DNA of 62,543 nucleotides, the filler included, from Choristocarpus tenellus KU-1152 (taxonomy: Eukaryota; Protista; Phaeophyceae): NCBI GenBank assembly GCA_964200185.2. It is 9 parts of 9 records of this genome, joined end to end, with 100 filler letters (N's around TTAATTAATTAA, not from the genome) between each part and the next. Parts side by side here need not be neighbours in the genome. Positions count along the whole stretch, not along the records: positions 18,726 to 33,357 come from CAXNAD020001147.1; positions 33,458 to 37,195 come from CAXNAD020018216.1; 7 more parts are not named here. One strand, 5' to 3'. Made by a program: the position numbers and the translations under genes. The notes beneath the pieces are model-generated. The model worked only from the letters and a program-made list of their open reading frames with translations. It made no database searches and was not told the DNA's origin. Positions 22,301-33,782 of the stretch are shown here, piece by piece; positions within the stretch are counted from its first letter, which is position 1, and every line of letters starts with the position of its first letter.

Positions 22301-25300
22301 GTCTCCATGATCTCGTGCTTGATTTCCTTGAGCTGACAATCAAGATGGATATCGCTAGTGTGGAAGATGCAATTTTGCGGCAGTCCCAGTACCTGGCCCG
22401 GTTGGGAGTTCTGTACAAGTATTCCAGTAAGAGTATCTGCGGTGGTCTGTATTCCCTCATTGCCCTGTGGAATGCAGTAAAGAAATATGATAAAGGGCTC
22501 CAGGTGGAAGTACACTACATGGAGAATCTTGAGGGTGTGACTGATCAAGACCACTGGAATCGAGCTGGCCAACTGCTTAGTGTCATGGTGAGATTTTCAC
22601 TTCGATGCAGAGAATGAATGAATCCACCCATAAGAGGCAGCAACATCCACTTGCTTACAGTTTATTTTTCATGTTGATAACCTCCTGATTGCTGTATGCT
22701 CAAATTTTACACAGGACATTTTCTCAGGCGCTGAGACGATGCTCAGGAAGGCCCTGGACATCACAATAGGAAAGGAGGGGGAATCACAGGCAGTAGCAGA
22801 AGGACTCAGCTGGTTGACGTCTGTGCTTCAGAAACAGGTGAACAAGGTTGTGGGTTGCTTGTGTTCATTAGTGTGAGACTATTCGTGTGTCCTATCGATT
22901 GCCCTTGTCCCCAGGATGAGTAAAGGCTAGGGTAAACCATAATAGTACATGATGAGTAACATGGTATACATGAGCATCAATTATAACTCTGGATGTGAAG
23001 GGAAGTGTAGTAAAAGAATACCTACCGGTTGCGGGGAGTTCCTCTCTCAAGCATTCTTGATATGTTAGAAGCTATCACTTTAATGAACTGAATTGTGTCT
23101 ATATCCTGACCTGTTAGCGCTCATGACCAGAAACATTTCCTGTACGTTTTGTAAGTGTAACTCTATCAAGTACCACACCAGGTGGTTCCTATTCCTCAAA
23201 GGAAATCTCTTCCTGCTTCTGTCATAAACCACCAAAATATGATGTGGAAGTTGTCTTGGTACATTTACTTTAAGTCTCTAATTATTCCTCAACCAGTAAC
23301 AAGAACATTTTCCATCTCCTAGAGACATCCTCTCATGAATTATGTACCTGATCATTCCTACTTTAGATGGGTTGTGTAGTAGATATCTATATATATATAT
23401 ATATATTCATATCCACAAAGGATTGGTGAGGGATATTTGAATAGGCGGGAAGGAAGGAAAAGTAGCTTCTCAGGATTTGCTTCATGTATTGAATGCAAGA
23501 GATTGAGTAGCATGATTGTTCTTCGTCAGTATCCTATACAATCATGCAGGGTTTTCAAAAGGGAGGTGTGGCGTAGTTAACCTTTCTTCAAGTAGTTTCT
23601 TGACGTTATTCACAGCTATTTAACATACTCCAGACATGCAAATCTACTCTGTAACTTGATCAAACAGGACACAAGGAGTGCGACAAATTTCACCCATTCA
23701 CCACATAAGTTACCTCAAGTATGTCTGCATTATTGAAGATAAATGAATATTCAATATTGAAAATATATAAAATATAGGATACATATAGATCTGCAGAGCA
23801 TAAGGTTGCATTTGCATATAAGACGGATATAAGCACCAAAAACTTGTTGGTATGTACTGGTAAGATGCGTGCATGACAATTTGTATATTGTGTATCATCT
23901 CACACAATTCCTCTTTGGGTGATTATGTTGACCATCTGCCTGCCTACCTATGCATAGCTAGGGTGGTGAACTTGTGTATTCTGTATTGTTAGATTGTGTG
24001 TTGTTTTGGATTTGCTCCACTGACATTCCAATGCACTGTTCCCTCATAGGGCAATTTTGAGGAGGCCCGTCCATTGTACGAGAGATGTCTTGCAATTTGG
24101 GAGAAGGTGCTTGGGCCAGAGCACCCAGATGTGGCCAGATCTCTGAACAGCCTGGCTTCATTGCTCAAGCACCAGGTAAGGAATGTATATTCAGGGAGTG
24201 TTGTTGTGGCTATGTTGTTGGCGGTCACCGAATGTGAGACAATGGACATATTCCTGATGAAGTGGGATGTAGGCAGGTGTGTGCAGCATAGAGTTGATAA
24301 CGGACGGAAGAAGCATATGAATGCTTGTGAATGCGTTGTTGGAAATCCCCTTCTGTGAAGACAGTGTTGGTGTGTACTGGTAGGATGCGTGCATGAGAGT
24401 GTAGATACTGTAAAATATGTTGTGCTGACCTTCTTTGAGAGATGGTGTTTGTCATCGTCCTATTTATTTATAGGTTAGGGTGGTGAACTTGTGTATTTTG
24501 TATTGTTAGATTGTGTGTTGTTTTGGATTTGCTCCACTGACAGACAGTACAATGCACTGTTCCCTCACAGGGCAATTTTGAGGAGGCCCGTCCATTGTAC
24601 GAGAGGTCCCTTGCAATTTGGGAGAAGGTGCTTGGACCAGAGCACCCAGATGTGGCCAGCTCTCTGAACAACCTGGCTTCATTGCTCAAGGACCAGGTAA
24701 GGAATGTACATTCAGGGAGTGTTGTTGTGGCTGTGTTGTTGGCGGTCACGGAATGTGAGACAATGGACATATTCCTGATGAAGTGGGATGTAGGCAGGTG
24801 TGTGCAGCACAGAGTTGATAATGGACGGAAGAAGCATATGAACGCTTGTGAATGCGTTGTTGGAAATCCCCTTCTGTGAAGACAGTGTTGGTGTGTACTG
24901 GTAGGATTCGTGCATGAGAGTGTAGATACTGTAAAATATGTTGTGCTGACCCTCTTTGAGAGATGGTGTTGGCCATCGTCCTATTTATTTATAGATAGGG
25001 TGGTGAACTTGTGTATTTTGTATTGTTAGATTGTGTGTTGTTTTGGATTTGCTCCACAGACAGTCCAATGCACTGTTCCCTCACAGGGCAATTTTGAGGA
25101 GGCCCGTCCATTGTACGAGAGATCTCGTGCAATTTGGGAGAAGGTGCTTGGGCCAGAGCAACCAGATGTGGCCTGATCTCTGAACAACCTGGCTTCATTG
25201 CTCCAGCACCAGGTAAGGAATGTATATTCAGGGAGTGTTGTTGTGATTGTGTTGTTGGCGGTCACCGAATGTGAGACAATGGACATATTCCTGATGAAGT

Positions 25301-26051
25301 GGGATGTAAGGCAGGTGTGTGCAGTACAGAGTTGATAATGGAAGGAAGAAGCATATGAATGCTTGTGAACGTGTTGGAAGAGTACAACCTTGATATTCAC
25401 TAGTATGGTGTGTGCTTGTGCGTTTGCGCAATTTATATGATTTGCTTTAATGCCAAACATATCTGGTGGCAGATAGAGTTTATTTGGCTGTATCTGTTGG
25501 TTTTCTTGCGGTGTGTTTTAAGTCTAGGTCATATGGGCACACTATTTTTTGGTTCTCTTTCATGTTGTTGATGATCGTTTCTTGAACAGTCGATTTTTTG
25601 TTGTAGTGTTGTTTGGATACGTTGCTATGCTATGGTAATACTCTGGGAGGATTACTTGATCAAATATCTGAGATGTGCAGGTGCACCATGTAAGTTTTTT
25701 TGTGTCACAGTGATTCAAATATGGTGCTTGTGAAGGAGGTTGCCACAAAATGCAGTAATTGAGCTTTATGGTGATATTGTGTAATTGGGGTTGTTACTGA
25801 CAATATTAGTAGTTCTCATTGCTACCCCGAAGCTTCCCATGAATGTGCAGACTAACGTAATGGTCTTTATAGTACACCAGTAACAGAGGGAGTGTTTTGC
25901 AGTTCTCTCTGTTCTTAGTCACCCACTTCTCTATCCTCTTTCCCTCATCTTACAGGGCAAACCACATGAGGCCTATGCCCTCTTCTTGCGTGCACAAGTG
26001 GTCTTGAACGAGGCTCCTGGTCCTGAAAATACACATAGAGAGATTGTTTGA
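19348..26051 (+). CDS. NLR-like protein: MLKL/RPW8-like four-helix N-terminal domain + NB-ARC + exon-encoded 42-aa TPRs
   Basis: Exons 19348-19362, 19454-20614, 21793-22083, 22225-22587, 22715-22837, 24050-24175, 24571-24696, 25087-25212 (contains in-frame TGA) and 25956-26051, all phase 0. Motifs: Walker A GMGGGGKT, Walker [25 protein letters not shown]-like CGMNPLAL and MHD-like LHDLV. TPRs read [36 protein letters not shown]. Confidence 0.92.
23844..25375 (+). repeat. Tandem array of three ~520-bp intron+TPR-exon cassettes
   Basis: Exon starts at 24050, 24571 and 25087 give periods of 521 and 516. The flanking introns are near-identical between units. Confidence 0.97.
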
Positions 26052-29000
26052 CAAAGGCTGGAGAATATGTAATGGTAGGATTTGGCAAGCCCTACGACTA
26101 AGTAAGAGAGTCAAGGGACCTCCTTCGTTACTGCATTTTGTTTCGTGTGGTAAGCTTGCTGTTATGTGCGATGAGCAGTAGATCAAGTGGGATTGGACAG
26201 GGTTGACAAAATATTGTGGGGTTGGGCTTGCAGTAACACTGATTTTTTTTTGCATTTTGAACTTTCAAATGTATTTTTGGCGACATTTCTCAAATATCTA
26301 CCTCTATTCACACAACATCTGTGAACTAGAGTCCCCTGAGAATGCCAACACTGCTATCCAGAGAGGGCACACGCAAGTGTGACATTTTATTGGTCTTTCT
26401 GGTCAAGATGTATTAAAACCTTTGAAGGCTGGAGGGTTCATGCACTCGTGCTATCTAAAAGAAAACTGAAGTCAACACAGTGAAACATCCTACAGCTAGA
26501 TCCTTGCATGCAACATTCCCATGTGGAACTTATCCAGGATTCTTACTATTATCTTGGGTACATGTTGGAACGATATGATAGCATATGGTAGAGTGATGAA
26601 CTTCCAGGGCATCCCATGCCAGGAACATACGTGTTATTCCATCACACATTTGAAGCTTGGAAGTAGGGATTGGCAATAGTTTGGTGGCTTGATATTTTTA
26701 TGACATCTTGGAGATTTCTGCCAATCGGATATTGGGGAGGTCGACAGGTCTGCATACCTGAAAAAGATGTATGTGACATTATGGCTAAATACATCTTATG
26801 TTGTTTGTTTATTTTTCAGAATACGATACTAGCGCCTTCCTTCACCAGTTTATATATTTTAATGCCCGCAGACATTTTTCAGATGTTGTCATAGGGGGGA
26901 TAAGAAGGATCGCAGCACTTCTATCTACTCCTCTGATTCGTACATATTCTACCCTCTGTATTGTGTTTTCCCCCTCTGAATAATGCTGGGTCTTAGATCG
27001 TTGGAAGAAATGTTTGAATGGGAGTTGGAAGAGCAGAATTGACATACAAGAAGGTGAGGGGAACCAAGACTGTCTGTCTCCTCCCAAGTATTGTACACAC
27101 ATCGTGTACCATTCATCATGTAGTTCTCGTTTTATTCCCACTGATATTTGCACATTCGTGCAGGAAAGAGAGAAGCAACATACAAGAGAACAGATAGACT
27201 GTTCATCATAGTGCTTGGATATCTTGAATAGTTTAATCGGATGTATCATGCACAGATCAGTGACTAGTAGTTACCTGACTCAGCAATTCGTCCTTGTGAC
27301 GTTTGTGGACTCTTTCCGTTCATCCACTATTCCCCGCTGAATTGGGCTGGTCCTCCAAATGAAAGGTTGTTCTCTCCTCTCTCTGTTGCCTTCATATATG
27401 TTTTGAAGCCTTTGTTGTAGGTAAGTATCAACAGCATTCAAATCATCACATAAATATTTTTATATGCCTGATCTACTCGCACGTAGACGTTTAGGATGCT
27501 CATATTGGTATAAATCATTTTAGTGTTCTACGTAATTTTTGTTTGATCTCGGGTTTTCTTTCCTATTTTCTCGAGGGGTGAAGCCTGATATAAGAATATA
27601 TATATATATATATTGTTCAATCTAAATCTCTGCAATGTGCAAGGTCAGATTGTACCATGGATTTGTGATAAGCAAATGTTTTTTACAGTCCTCCTCTGCT
27701 TGGCATTACTCGGAACGAATACAGGGAAATTATGTTTGTGACAAGATCTACCACAGGTAGACCAGCAACTCCTGCACCAATTATAGATATACAACCTTTG
27801 TTTCACCCAAGGTTTCTATAGTAGCGTTTACTTTCCAATATATACAGGGCCTTCTGGGAGGGGCTGTGGTCCCCTCATACGTTCCATGTTGAGGCGAGTG
27901 ATAATTACAATTACTTCTTGGCTACCCAATATAATATAAAAATAAAGAGTTTAAATGTGTCGTACCCCTCAATGTTCGGTAAAATCAAATGTCCCACGTT
28001 TATTTGACATGTCCCGGTCCGTGTCCGCCGAGCAGACCATGTCAAACATTTTCTACCTTGTCGGGACCATCCGACCATGTACAACCAGATTCGAACATGG
28101 CTATGTCCATTGCTATCGAGAGTTTCAAGTTGACTGGGCAGAGACACACCCTGGGGCCATATGGCCGACAGTGGACATGTTAACTGCCTGGCCCAGTGGA
28201 AACCCTTGTTATATTGCCTGGATGATTAACACAAAAGGGGATCCCATATCTAGAGAATTGTCAGTATAATATTTCTTTGAAAAACTTGCTGCTTTCCAAA
28301 CATCATGACTAGAAATGCTCAATGTATATACAAAATGCAGTTGACTTTAATTTCTTCTTAATACACAGGATCTCTTGAATTTAGAGTCGCTCATTGAATC
28401 CCAGAGTGACCTTTCCTAGGAATGGAGTATTTTTGCCCATACTGATCAGTGTGAGGGGGACAAATTGGAATCTTCTCATGCGCAGTGTGCTTTTTTACTG
28501 GTGAGAGAACCTTCATGAAATGCGGTCCAGTCTACCACCTTGTGCGCGAGCGCGCGGATTTTTTGCATTTCAAGGTCAACAAAAAGCACTGATATTTCTT
28601 GTGGACCTACTGTACTAGCCTCACTCTCTTGTTGAGACACCTAACATTAACCTAGATGCTAAACAAATTATCTTCCTATTTCGAAACAACCCCAATGCTA
28701 TAAAAAAATCAACACAACTATAATCTTTCTAAAAAGATTACGTTCAGGGACAAAACACCTGCTCCAGTTCTCAAAAACGTCATTCACTAAGTTCGATGGT
28801 TTTCTCTATATTAAAGATGTCAAAGAGTTTAGAAATAGTTCCAAAAACTACTTGGTGGCTAATGAGGCGTTGTGGTGGTGTGTTTGTCCTATATGTTCAA
28901 GGTAAACCGCAATGTCGTGAGGGGGTGAACAATACGGAACATGAGGACAGTCACTTTCATGTTTTGCTTTCCTCACGAATTCTGGATTAACATTCATTAT

Positions 29001-29680
29001 TCTTTATTTGCATTCCACCTAATCTACCCCTCTGTTGTAACACCACTTGTGACCAACCAGCGCCGTCCGTCCCTGTGTCACTGACTTCCAGGCACCAGCC
29101 TATCCCGTCATCAACCAGTGCGAACCCCTTTCGCCACTGATTTACGGAACACCAACCATATGAAGGCGTGGAATGCAGTTAATCTAGCCTTCCGAACCGT
29201 TTCTATCTTAGGCCCTATTAAGGCAATGTGGTGGTGTGTTTTTCGATGATGGGGGTGAATAATACTGAATATGAGAATAGTGACAGACCAGTTTTGGAAG
29301 TATTTCTAAACTCGTTGACATCTTAAATATGGGGAAAACAATGGTTTTAGTCCTTAAAGAGGCTTAAGAACTAGACCAAGTCTTTGTTCGTTGCTCAACG
29401 TGATCTTTTTTTTGTATGACGATATTTGTGTTGATTTTTCTATAGTTGAAGAATCAATACCACCACTTACTAGTACAACTGTTTTTTTCATACAATTCTC
29501 CCTTAAAATCGAACAAATCTATTCTAAGCTCTTTGTGTATATGAGAATATACACCATAACCGTTATTAATTTCTGGATCAACTGCCATATTTTTTTTTAT
29601 TCTTAATTTCTGAACTATGCTCATCCCTTAAGTACCATATTTGTTTTACCAAGATCTGGAATTTCTGAATATCCTGACCA

Positions 29681-31682
29681 ATGATTGAGTGTGAGTCTGA
29701 TGGTGAGGTTCCAGACGGTTTGCACAAGGTGATTTATGTAAGGGGTATCTATGTCCCACAAGGATTAACTGGACCTATTCTCCCCCTACCCCCCCTTCAC
29801 CAGTTGCACATACTCCAGAGTAAGTGATATTTTACACAGAACACCCAATATCTGCACCACAACATTGTCCTTGGTAGTGATATTGCGCAGTGGGAGTGCA
29901 ATGCAACCTGTATGCTTGACCCACGAAAACGTACGCCCTTTCTCCATCCCTTTCTCCATCCCTTTCTCCATCCCTCCTTCTCCTCCCACCCCTCCCGCTG
30001 ACTCTGTGATGATCGCTATAATACACCCACTCGATTGTCTACTATACGGGGTTTTGGAGGGGTTTCCTAATAGGTGGGGGTTCGGTCTCCCTTGAAAGTC
30101 CATGGGTACTGGGGACAACCCACCAAAAGCCTGGAGGCGTTTTGTGCCCTCCTTCTATCGTCCAGCTCAACAACACCATAACCGCCTTCCAATACAGTAG
30201 AAAACCAGGATAAACCAACACCTGCAGTGACTACCAATGTACAAGTGGAGGAAAAGGTGCAGATGGCAATAGCACCTAACCCTACTTCCACAGTTTCTGC
30301 TGCTGAGGATGCAGCTGGGGTTTCACCATCACTGAAGGGTGTTGTTGAGGATGGTGAGGACATTGGTGATGTTGATTGGTCTGTTGCGTTTGTTAGGATG
30401 AGGGATGAAGGGTTTTCGCACATTGGAGAGCTTTTCATTGTGGGCGGATTAAGGACATTCTCATCATTGGAGGAAGGAACCACTATCCTCGAGTGAGCAA
30501 ACATGCACATAGCAATGATGTAATGCGGTATAGTGCCATGTCTAGTCATGTGAAAGCTGTGTGAGTGTTTGTGTGTTGGGAACCTTGTACAATGAGGTCA
30601 AGTGCCATAGTATGGTTTGGCACAACCTGTAGAGCTCTACTCATTAGTGGAATGCCAGGGGGGAGAGGGGGGAAGGAAGCACTGGCAACCTTCTTTTTGT
30701 TACCTTCAAGCAAAAAAAATTATCCAAGTCTTTTAAGGTGTTTATATATGTGTGCATGTAGAGGGAGCGAGCATGTCCGTGTGTACGACTGGCAATAGTT
30801 CTGTGAGGCATCATCCTTCGGAGCGATAGGAAGGGTCAAGTGTGTACTGCAGAAGCGAGGGGATGAGCATTCGAGGCCTACTTTTGATTACAATAGAATG
30901 TTTTGATCAAGTACGCCGGGAGTATATTTGATTCAGCTGACCCAAGTAGTTTTGTAGTTAATTTCAGTTTCACAAGGGTTAGGGTTGCAGTATGTGGTAA
31001 CGGTCAGAGTGTGTCAAGGTCCTTGTGCTGGTTTTTGAGATGTGCTGTGATTAAAGGGTTAATGTGATGTTTGTGTAAAGGACGGTGTTTCTGACAAGAA
31101 AGCAGTGTTGTAGCCACATCATGGCTCATGGGGTCTACTGTATGACGTGGAGTTTATCACTTTCCTCTGTACGGGTTTGGTGACAGTTACGTTGCTGATA
31201 CTGCTGATAAAATTCATGCCGAAATTGAGGTGGTCGGTGTAGTGAATTTGATTTATTTCGACTGAGTGTATCTTGTGTACTCATGTTTATGTTTTGTGCT
31301 TGTCTTGAAATTAAGTTGTTTTTTTTCAAGTAGTGTATGTGAATGTCACGCTTCGGAGCTATACCTGTCAAGTCGTGAGACGAACTGGAATACAAATTAA
31401 GTGTTACGCTATTTTTTGTTTCAAGTATTAATGAGTGGAGGCTTGAAGTATCTTAGCAGTTACTTTTTGGAAGTTTTGTGCCCTACGAGGATAATCCATA
31501 TGCCATGTACGTTTTGTTTGCTGGGTTTTGTTGACAGATGTTGTCCACCGGAAGCTCATGGTATTATCCAAAGCATTTACTACTACGCACACATCACAGT
31601 GTATACTCCCCTAGGATATGCTCCATATTTTTGAAAACACATATAGTGTATGTGTATCAAGTATACTCTTGTCCGTGCTCCA

Positions 31683-31718
<36 letters not shown>

Positions 31719-32756
31719 GTCTCCCATCCCGTATTAAAAACAAAAAAGGATAATAAAAAAATGGGGTTTGTATCAATTTGGAAATACAAATATCATTCCT
31801 TCCCACCCTCCCGTACCCCCCCCTCGCAACGTTTAATAAAACAGGACATTGAAAGGACTCCAGAACACGGACGCAATTCGTCACTTAGACTGGGCTGTAA
31901 CACTGCCTTCAGTGTACCTGGACCAGGGGCAAGCGCAAGAGAGGACCTGGTGCTTGCAGTGGAGCTTCATGAAGACCAGGTGGGGTTACAGCTAGGGTGA
32001 GGATGACATAATAGGCTACAGGTCTGTGAGGGATCCTTGACTACAGGACTGTAAGGGTACTTTGGTCTCAGGGCTAAGTCTCAGGGCTATGGGGCTGTGT
32101 GACTTGGGGGATAGGGCTAGGGGGTTGGTTGCGTGTAATGATTAGACTCTGAAGCAACATGTTCCTTTAGGCCTTTCATACATACATACATATCGGTATA
32201 GGAAGAAATTTTATTTATGGAAATACATTAATTGGATTGAAATACCCTATGATACACAAGATAGTAGTAGTGCTCTGTAAGGGTTAGGGTTGAGGTGCTC
32301 CATATTTTCAATGGTATAATAGGTGTATGCATTATTCTGGGAACAGCATGCACATACTATGTAAAAAAACGTCATTTTTTTCGTCATATTTCTTTTTGCA
32401 CTCTCTAAACGGTTGGAAGGCGATGGAGTCTCAAATGAGATCAATTACAATGACAGGATTACCATTACTGTCTGTCCAACACTGTTGTTGTACTACCTCT
32501 ATGATTGGAGCAAGACGCTTAGATAGAAAGTAGTCCTTCACCCTTTTTTTATTCGAAAACTGTTGTGTACCTGAAGTGGTTCTATGCTTCTTTCTTTTTT
32601 AACCCCTACAAATATCCCTATTCACCACCCCTCCTCCCCGTCTGGGTGATGTGACCTTATCTCATCTGCTTCCAAAGCATCTTACAGAGCCTGAAAAGAG
32701 ATGGAACTGATGGAGGTGACGCAGTGGATCCAGACAAGCCTTTCTATGATCTGTGA
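29681..32756 (+). CDS. Putative spliced acidic protein of unknown function (may be a pseudogene)
   Basis: GT-AG exons 29681-29728, 29804-29819, 30198-30492, 31913-31979 and 32688-32756 join with matching phases (0,1,2,0). Product: MIECESDGEVPDGLHKLHILQIENQDK...DVDWSVAFVRMRDEGFSHIGELF...EDLVLAVELHEDQ...PFYDL*. No family recognised. Confidence 0.4.
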
Positions 32757-33274
32757 CTCGCGTCCATGTCCGCTGAACAGTTCAGTGGACTCCTGCCACA
32801 GGGAGGTTTGCTGGGAAGATGGAGGGGGGGATGGGAGCGGATTTTTTATTAATGTGTTTCTTTTTAATATCTTGTTACCCTGGGGCAAAGTATTGCTCTC
32901 TGCGGGAAGACACACGTATCCATGGAAGTATGGGTGTAAGCGTTGAGGAATTTTCGATTAAATCAAATATGCTAGAAAAAGGTGTCATTCTAGATGGTGT
33001 TGGTATATTATGTCCAGGCTTGTGAAAGGTACGTATGTGGAATGGTGAGAGTTGATGAGGTTGGAGTTAGGGGTGCTACTACCAAGATTGATGGGATTGG
33101 GAGGCCAGTACGTCTTTTACTGCCATTTGTTCCCTTTCAAAAAGTACTGTGGGTGTCATATGGACCGATATGATTGTAGTTGTACTTCTTATGCCCATCA
33201 AATTGGGTTTACTGACCTCTAAAGACTCCGCAAAGGTGTTAGTTGGATCTCTTGTCCTGCTTCCCCTTACCCTA

Positions 33275-33308
<34 letters not shown>

Positions 33309-33782
33309 TCAAGCCTTCGTCTTCCTTTCATCTCCCTCCCCCCCCCCACACTCTTTTNNNNNNNNNNNNNNNNNNNNNNNNNNNNNNNNNNNNNNNNNNN
33401 NTTAATTAATTAANNNNNNNNNNNNNNNNNNNNNNNNNNNNNNNNNNNNNNNNNNNNCACTGGTGGATTATGTGGTAGGGTAGAGAGCCAGTGACAGATA
33501 TATTATATGTACTGACTCATAGTGTTGATTGGTTTTATATCATGTTCAAGATACACTTCCTATAGTTAAGATAAGTAATTCATAGTAAATTAGTGTGGGC
33601 GATTACAAACCCCACACTATAGAGTAATGATGGTAGTTAAGGATAGAGTCTCACCCACGAGCTCAGTCAGCGGAATCGAGGCCACAATGGCCCTTGTATT
33701 ACTAACATTGTTCATCTATATCAAGCTGTTTTTTGTCCTTCATTAAAGCACCATAAAAGCCGCGGGTCCAGTGTGGGATAGT

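Noticed and set aside
24002-24040. V(D)J RSS-like arrangement upstream of TPR exons (TGTTTTGGA - 23 nt - CACTGTT)
   Set aside because: The heptamer lacks the essential terminal GTG, the nonamer matches only 6/9, and the spacer is 27 nt in the second unit. It is adequately explained as branch-point/acceptor sequence.
25174-32756. Genetic-code reassignment or selenocysteine for the in-frame TGA codons
   Set aside because: No in-frame TGA occurs in the conserved PGK, WDR70, sulfatase or Kelch exons. The positions correspond to Arg/Ser rather than Cys or Trp, so point mutation is simpler.
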